Source: Promethearchaeota archaeon (GTDB lineage: Archaea > Asgardarchaeota > Lokiarchaeia > Sigyniarchaeales > SOKP01). Taken from it: 64,000 bases of DNA. The position numbers were made by a program, and so were the translations under genes. Positions 59,422 through 64,000 of the stretch are shown here, in pieces (the first letter of the stretch is position 1; each line of letters starts with the position of its first letter). The notes below the pieces were generated by a model, which was not told the origin of the DNA, did not search any database, and saw only the letters and a program-made list of their open reading frames with translations. The DNA lies in the NCBI GenBank assembly GCA_048938855.1, contig JBHLLT010000009.1, positions 1 through 64,000 on the forward strand. Reading direction: 5' to 3'.

Positions 59422-61152
59422 TCAAAATTCGTGGCTATCTAATCTTTTCCAAAACGTCTTTAATTCATCAATTTCAAAGGAGTATTTTAACTCTACAGGG
59501 TGTGAGGGTTCTTCCCTGAAAAATTTTGGTAAGGTATTCATTTCTTGAGTAATTCCTGCTTTCTTATTAAAATCAAGTTCAGTTCTAATAATATCAATAC
59601 CCATTTTAATTATATCCTCTCTTGTTAGAGTTAAATCATACATAGCATTAATTGCTTTTGTTATAATTTCCATGTTTTCATAACTAGGACCAATAAAATA
59701 GCAACAACCCATTAAATCCATTACAGCTGTATAAATCTGTAGTTCGAAAGATAAATCTAGTTTGTTATCGTTTTTAGTTAATTCTCCATAGTCCTTATGA
59801 AGACTTGGAACACGGTTAGCGATAGCTGCTCCTGCTGTATGGTCCGCACCCATAGGTGAAGTAGCATAAGTAACCCCCATTGCTTTAAAAACTCTACTAT
59901 CATACGCTGAGATTCCTTGACCTTTTACTTGTGGAATTCGATCGGCATTGAGGTTTTCTCCTATTATTTTAACACCATTTCCATAAAACTGTCCAACTTC
60001 AGTATTATATCGAATTTCTTTATCTAAAATTTCAAAAACTTTTTCAGCATCTCCCCAATCTATTCTTCCACACTCCATAGCTACACCTACTGTTCCACCA
60101 AATTCAATAGTATCAATGCCTAAATCATCACATAAGTGATCTATTTTCGCTATACTATCTAAATCATCAATCATCAAGTTGCTACCGTTTAACGCCATAG
60201 TTTCATATTCTAAACTTGATGTTATATGATTCCCTTGTTCATCAACCACTAAATTTGAGCATTTAATTACACATGTTGGAGAACAAGCTAGTCTCTTTTT
60301 ACCTCCTCTCGCAACTACAAGTTCATGTAATTTCTCTCCTGAGATGTTTTCAATCTTATCATAGGAACCCATTCTAAAATTCTTTGTTGGTATCCCTCCA
60401 TATCCACTCATGGGTGCCATCATCATAGGTGTACCGAATATTGAAAACTTCTCTTTAGCTTGAGCTAATTCTTTCGCAAAAGGGGTTGAAACTTCTCTAA
60501 ATTTTTTTAAGTCATAAATATTAGCTTTTGATGTTTTTGGAGGTTTGATTACAATTGCTTTGATGTTCTTTGAACCCATAATAGCCCCTAATCCCCCTCT
60601 CGCAGCATGTCTACTTGGATATCCTTCTAAATCATTTGCTCCTACAGTAGCAGATTTCATTAAGTATTGCCCAGCAGGACCAATAGAATAAATTCCAATT
60701 TTTTTACCATATTTTTGTTGTAATATCGAATGGAGTTTATAATTACCTATATTATTATATTCCTCAGCGTTTTCTAAACTAATACCATTATCATCAATTA
60801 AAATAAGTTTTAATGAAGGTGAAATACTTTCTAAAATTAATGCTCGTATACCATGTCTAGCTAACATCATAGCAGGTTTTCCTCCTAAATTAGCTTCCTT
60901 TATTCCATTTGTTAATGGACTTTTCGCTCCAACTGATGTACGAGCAGAACATGGAAATGGAGATCCGGCGAGAAGACCATTTGTAATTATTAATTTATTT
61001 TCCTCTCCCAAAGGATCGCAAAGAGGGGCGACTTCACTATAGATTATAAAAGAACTTAATCCTCTTCCACCAAGTAAGAAATATTTCGAATCTGGAGTAA
61101 TTTCTTCATTTTGAATATTTTGACTCTCAACGTTTATTCTTACTATTTTCAT
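59422..61152 (-). CDS. aor: Aldehyde:ferredoxin oxidoreductase (W/Mo-pterin)
   Basis: LGGRGL, AKSPLT, IGPAG, ARGGLGAIMGSKNIKAI, CSPTCVIKC, EYET, GIDTI, GADH. Confidence 0.9.
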   Translation of the reverse strand: MKIVRINVESQNIQNEEITPDSKYFLLGGRGLSSFIIYSEVAPLCDPLGEENKLIITNGLLAGSPFPCSARTSVGAKSPLTNGIKEANLGGKPAMMLARHGIRALILESISPSLKLILIDDNGISLENAEEYNNIGNYKLHSILQQKYGKKIGIYSIGPAGQYLMKSATVGANDLEGYPSRHAARGGLGAIMGSKNIKAIVIKPPKTSKANIYDLKKFREVSTPFAKELAQAKEKFSIFGTPMMMAPMSGYGGIPTKNFRMGSYDKIENISGEKLHELVVARGGKKRLACSPTCVIKCSNLVVDEQGNHITSSLEYETMALNGSNLMIDDLDSIAKIDHLCDDLGIDTIEFGGTVGVAMECGRIDWGDAEKVFEILDKEIRYNTEVGQFYGNGVKIIGENLNADRIPQVKGQGISAYDSRVFKAMGVTYATSPMGADHTAGAAIANRVPSLHKDYGELTKNDNKLDLSFELQIYTAVMDLMGCCYFIGPSYENMEIITKAINAMYDLTLTREDIIKMGIDIIRTELDFNKKAGITQEMNTLPKFFREEPSHPVELKYSFEIDELKTFWKRLDSHEF

Positions 61153-61304
61153 AGTTGAATTATAGTAGCTAAATTTATTTTATCTTTACCTTTATATCGT
61201 TTATAATATTTTAAAATATTAATCTACCTTCTAGTAAATATAATAAGTCAAAAATACTATTAAATTTCTGAACTTGTTATAAAATTATTGGTGCTTTCTT
61301 TAAA

Positions 61305-61592
61305 TTGATTATTTATGGTCGAAAATCAAAGAATGGTGAATCAAAGCAGAAAAAAAGAGAAATCCTTAAATTTGTCGAAGAATGTGAATTGTTCATTAAT
61401 TTCTTCTTAGGAAAAAATAGAGGGAATGCATTTACAACAAATGTTTTAATGAAAAAAACAGAAATTATTGTTCAAAATCCCGAATTAATGGAATATTTAT
61501 CAAAAAATATAAAGGAAATACTGGAACGAATGGTTAAAAAGGATTTTGCCAACCACATTGAAAAAAATGGGGTATTCTTCTTCCTTCTTTAA
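61305..61592 (+). CDS. Small hypothetical protein (wHTH-like)
   Basis: FLGKNRGNAFT...IKEILERMVKK...GVFFF; start uncertain. Confidence 0.5.
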   Translation: MIIYGRKSKNGESKQKKREILKFVEECELFINFFLGKNRGNAFTTNVLMKKTEIIVQNPELMEYLSKNIKEILERMVKKDFANHIEKNGVFFFLL

Positions 61593-61610
61593 TATTAAAT
61601 ATATTTAATC

Positions 61611-62474
61611 TTAATATTTTCGATTATTATTCTTTTTTTTAGGGATACCATTAGAACATGAAACTCCTACTTGACAAAGACCACAAGCATAAATATCTAT
61701 TCCATAAGTTTGATTTATGAACGGGATCGTACTTATCAAATGTGAAGAGCATTTCATTTTATCATGACCTTTTTCAAATGTTATAGCATTAACCGGGCAT
61801 CTAGAAATACAATCAACACATTCAAAGCAAAATTGATAAGGATCTTTTGGGCGATTAACTGCATCAGATGGTAGTTTTAAATCAATTATCATGCTTCCAC
61901 ACCTCATCGCTTTTCCGCGTGGATTTATAAATCCATCGGATAAGCCAAATGAGCCCATTCCTGCGGCATAACAATTATGTCTATGAGACCAATTTGAGGC
62001 CCAAATCTCTTTGTTAACTTTAAATAATCTTCTATCAAGAGTAGGAGCGAAAGCATTAATTTTTAGTTTATTTAACTCATCTACTAAAAATACTTGGATT
62101 TTCTTATTACATTCTTCACCAAAAAGTCTTGTATTAGCCCATCTTTCTGATGGCATAGTTTTAGAAAAAACTAAATTTTCCTTTTTAGTTTTTTGGTTGA
62201 TTGGAAGAATATAAGCAACCACACTTAGATTTTTATTTTCAAATTTGATATGATTCATTTTACAATACCATCTATAAGCCTCAGAAGGAGTTAAATGAAA
62301 TTCACCAATAATTTTTTTATAATCATAATAAATTGTATCATTTCCATCAGCAATGCCAACAAGCACATTCGGTTCGTATATAAATGAGCCATCGACTTTA
62401 TTCATTCTATTACTCTCATCATCTTTTAAGAATCCATTGATTTTGTCAATAAACCATTCTTTATTTATATCCAT
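61611..62474 (-). CDS. QueG/epoxyqueuosine-reductase-like cobalamin Fe-S protein
   Basis: WSHRH...AAGMGSFGL, CFECVDCISRCP, CGLCQVGVSC. Confidence 0.7.
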   Translation of the reverse strand: MDINKEWFIDKINGFLKDDESNRMNKVDGSFIYEPNVLVGIADGNDTIYYDYKKIIGEFHLTPSEAYRWYCKMNHIKFENKNLSVVAYILPINQKTKKENLVFSKTMPSERWANTRLFGEECNKKIQVFLVDELNKLKINAFAPTLDRRLFKVNKEIWASNWSHRHNCYAAGMGSFGLSDGFINPRGKAMRCGSMIIDLKLPSDAVNRPKDPYQFCFECVDCISRCPVNAITFEKGHDKMKCSSHLISTIPFINQTYGIDIYACGLCQVGVSCSNGIPKKKNNNRKY

Positions 62475-62615
62475 ATTCTTAATCTCTATGGATTTCTTGA
62501 TATTAGTTTAAATCTCAAGTTTTTAATTATTAATTAATTTTGTTCTTAAACTAAAAATTATTTAAAATATTGGACTAACTAAAGAAATTTAATCTTAATT
62601 TAATTTTATAGAATT

Positions 62616-63527
62616 ATGGATGAAATCGATCTCAAAATCATTCTACTCTTAATGAATAATTCAAGACTAACATATAGAGAGATATCAGACCATTTAGCTT
62701 TATCTGTTAATGCTGTATATAAGCGGGTACAAATTCTTATCGATCTAAAAATTATACAAAAATTTACTGCCAGATTGAAGCCTTATGCCATCAATGCTAT
62801 TTATGCGTTCATATTTGGTCAAAGTAATGCTCAAAATATAGATAACGCAATATTAGAATTAGGAAAACACGATAATACTTGGCAAATAATATTGTCTAGT
62901 AGAAATTATGTTTATATTGGGTCAATGTTAGAAAACATTCATCAATTAGATGATTTTTCTTCATATGTGTCTCAAATTCTCGAAATTCAATCTCCAAAAA
63001 TTGGACTTCTTTCAGGCGTACAATATACGACTCCAATACGATATGTTGTTCCTAAGTCAAGATCAATGAACTATGACAAACTTGATTTAGAAATTATTCG
63101 ATCGTTACAAGGAGATTCCCGAAAACCCATATCTGAGATCGCAGATGATGTTAATAGCACAGCAAATACAATTCGACGTCGTTTAGCCAGAATGATTGAG
63201 GAGGGCATAATCGATTTATCTATTAATTTTAATCCTGAAGACTCTAATGATATTTTTTCTTTATTTCAAATAACTTTGAACCCTTCAGTCGATAAAAGTG
63301 AATTTGCTAAGTATCTGAATGAGAAATATGAACCTAATCTCTTCTATTGTTGGACTTTTAGTAATTTGCCAAATCTAGTAGTATGCTGGGTATGGTCAAA
63401 TACAATGAAAGAATTGACTGATTTAGTTGATAGTATAAAACAAGAAAATATTGATTCAATTGTTTTTGATATCATGTATAAAGTGTATTACTTTGATACT
63501 TGGAAAGAAAAATTGTTATATGAATAA
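62616..63527 (+). CDS. Double-domain Lrp/AsnC transcriptional regulator
   Basis: MDEIDLKIILLL..NSR....EI and DKLDLEIIRSLQGDSRKPISEIA HTH repeats. Confidence 0.9.
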   Translation: MDEIDLKIILLLMNNSRLTYREISDHLALSVNAVYKRVQILIDLKIIQKFTARLKPYAINAIYAFIFGQSNAQNIDNAILELGKHDNTWQIILSSRNYVYIGSMLENIHQLDDFSSYVSQILEIQSPKIGLLSGVQYTTPIRYVVPKSRSMNYDKLDLEIIRSLQGDSRKPISEIADDVNSTANTIRRRLARMIEEGIIDLSINFNPEDSNDIFSLFQITLNPSVDKSEFAKYLNEKYEPNLFYCWTFSNLPNLVVCWVWSNTMKELTDLVDSIKQENIDSIVFDIMYKVYYFDTWKEKLLYE

Positions 63528-63560
63528 AAAAATGTTATTTGTATTTGAGATAACTATGAA

Positions 63561-63992
63561 TTAAATTACGCATAGACTTATCCAAATAGTAACTCTTACA
63601 AAATGTATAATATAAGTAGTAATACCTCCAATTAAAATAATCTTCTGTAAATTTTGTTTTTTAAGAGCACCGATTTGATTTATCTCTAATTTCCATAATA
63701 TTAAAGTTGAAATTCCTATAATTCCTACTACTCCTGATAAACATATTTCTGAAAAGAGAAGAAACCATGAAAAAATTGGATTAATTGTACCAAAACAATC
63801 ACCACCCGTACTTGCAAGATAAATTGCTCGAATAAAGAAAAAAATTGGCCCCCCACCTAAAAGAATCCATTTTAATCGATTTAGGTATAAGTGAAAACTT
63901 GAATTTATTAAGTTAATACTATTTTGATTAATCTCTTTTTTAATTTTATGATTATTTACCTCATCTGAGATACTTAAACCAACTTGTTCCAT
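63561..63992 (-). CDS. Hypothetical membrane protein (may extend beyond the window)
   Basis: Three hydrophobic segments. Confidence 0.55.
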   Translation of the reverse strand: MEQVGLSISDEVNNHKIKKEINQNSINLINSSFHLYLNRLKWILLGGGPIFFFIRAIYLASTGGDCFGTINPIFSWFLLFSEICLSGVVGIIGISTLILWKLEINQIGALKKQNLQKIILIGGITTYIIHFVRVTIWISLCVI

Positions 63993-64000
63993 TAATTCTA

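Noticed and set aside
326-62214. Remaining short ORF-track entries nested in larger genes (e.g. 326, 6967, 7492, 9145, 15803, 25708, 30227, 34469, 39130, 45010, 57615, 59261, 62011)
   Set aside because: Contained in or antisense to well-supported genes and lacking motifs
1-64000. Selenocysteine or pyrrolysine read-through, tRNA/rRNA genes, IS elements
   Set aside because: TGA/TAG stops fall at natural domain ends (e.g. the TIGR04076 paralogs end at the same residue with TGA and TAA); no cloverleaf, rRNA-like tract or transposase motif seen by eye

Overview
A very AT-rich, gene-dense archaeal chromosomal segment with about 65 CDS. I found no rRNA, tRNA, CRISPR array or transposase. The gene content points to an Asgard archaeon, probably Lokiarchaeia (inference): an actin-family gene, longin-domain proteins, a longin-small-GTPase fusion, a RING-finger protein, Loki-CTERM-like anchors, an orphan family-5 substrate-binding protein and a multi-PAS kinase. 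Housekeeping or metabolic genes include gpmA, purD, a type IA topoisomerase, nfo, a SpoU/TrmJ methylase, AOR, a corrinoid protein with a UroD-family methyltransferase, two M32 carboxypeptidases and a CDP-alcohol phosphatidyltransferase. The best candidate for an undescribed system is at 44.3-46.7 kb. There, a divergent actin lacking the canonical Q137/H161 residues lies directly downstream of a coiled-coil/proline-rich protein ending in a WH2-like helix+LKKI motif, a WASP/VASP-like architecture. The second candidate (16.4-22.1 kb) is a cluster of a sigma-adaptin-like longin protein, a HEAT/coiled-coil protein and a longin-pseudoGTPase-MIT-like fusion. Three genes are missing or truncated in the ORF track: a CTG-initiated zinc-ribbon/RING protein, a 27-aa double-Cys-Cys peptide under a palindromic operator, and a 49-aa ORF heading the corrinoid operon. 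Six tandem paralog pairs also occur. All family assignments come from motif recognition by eye; no searches were run.
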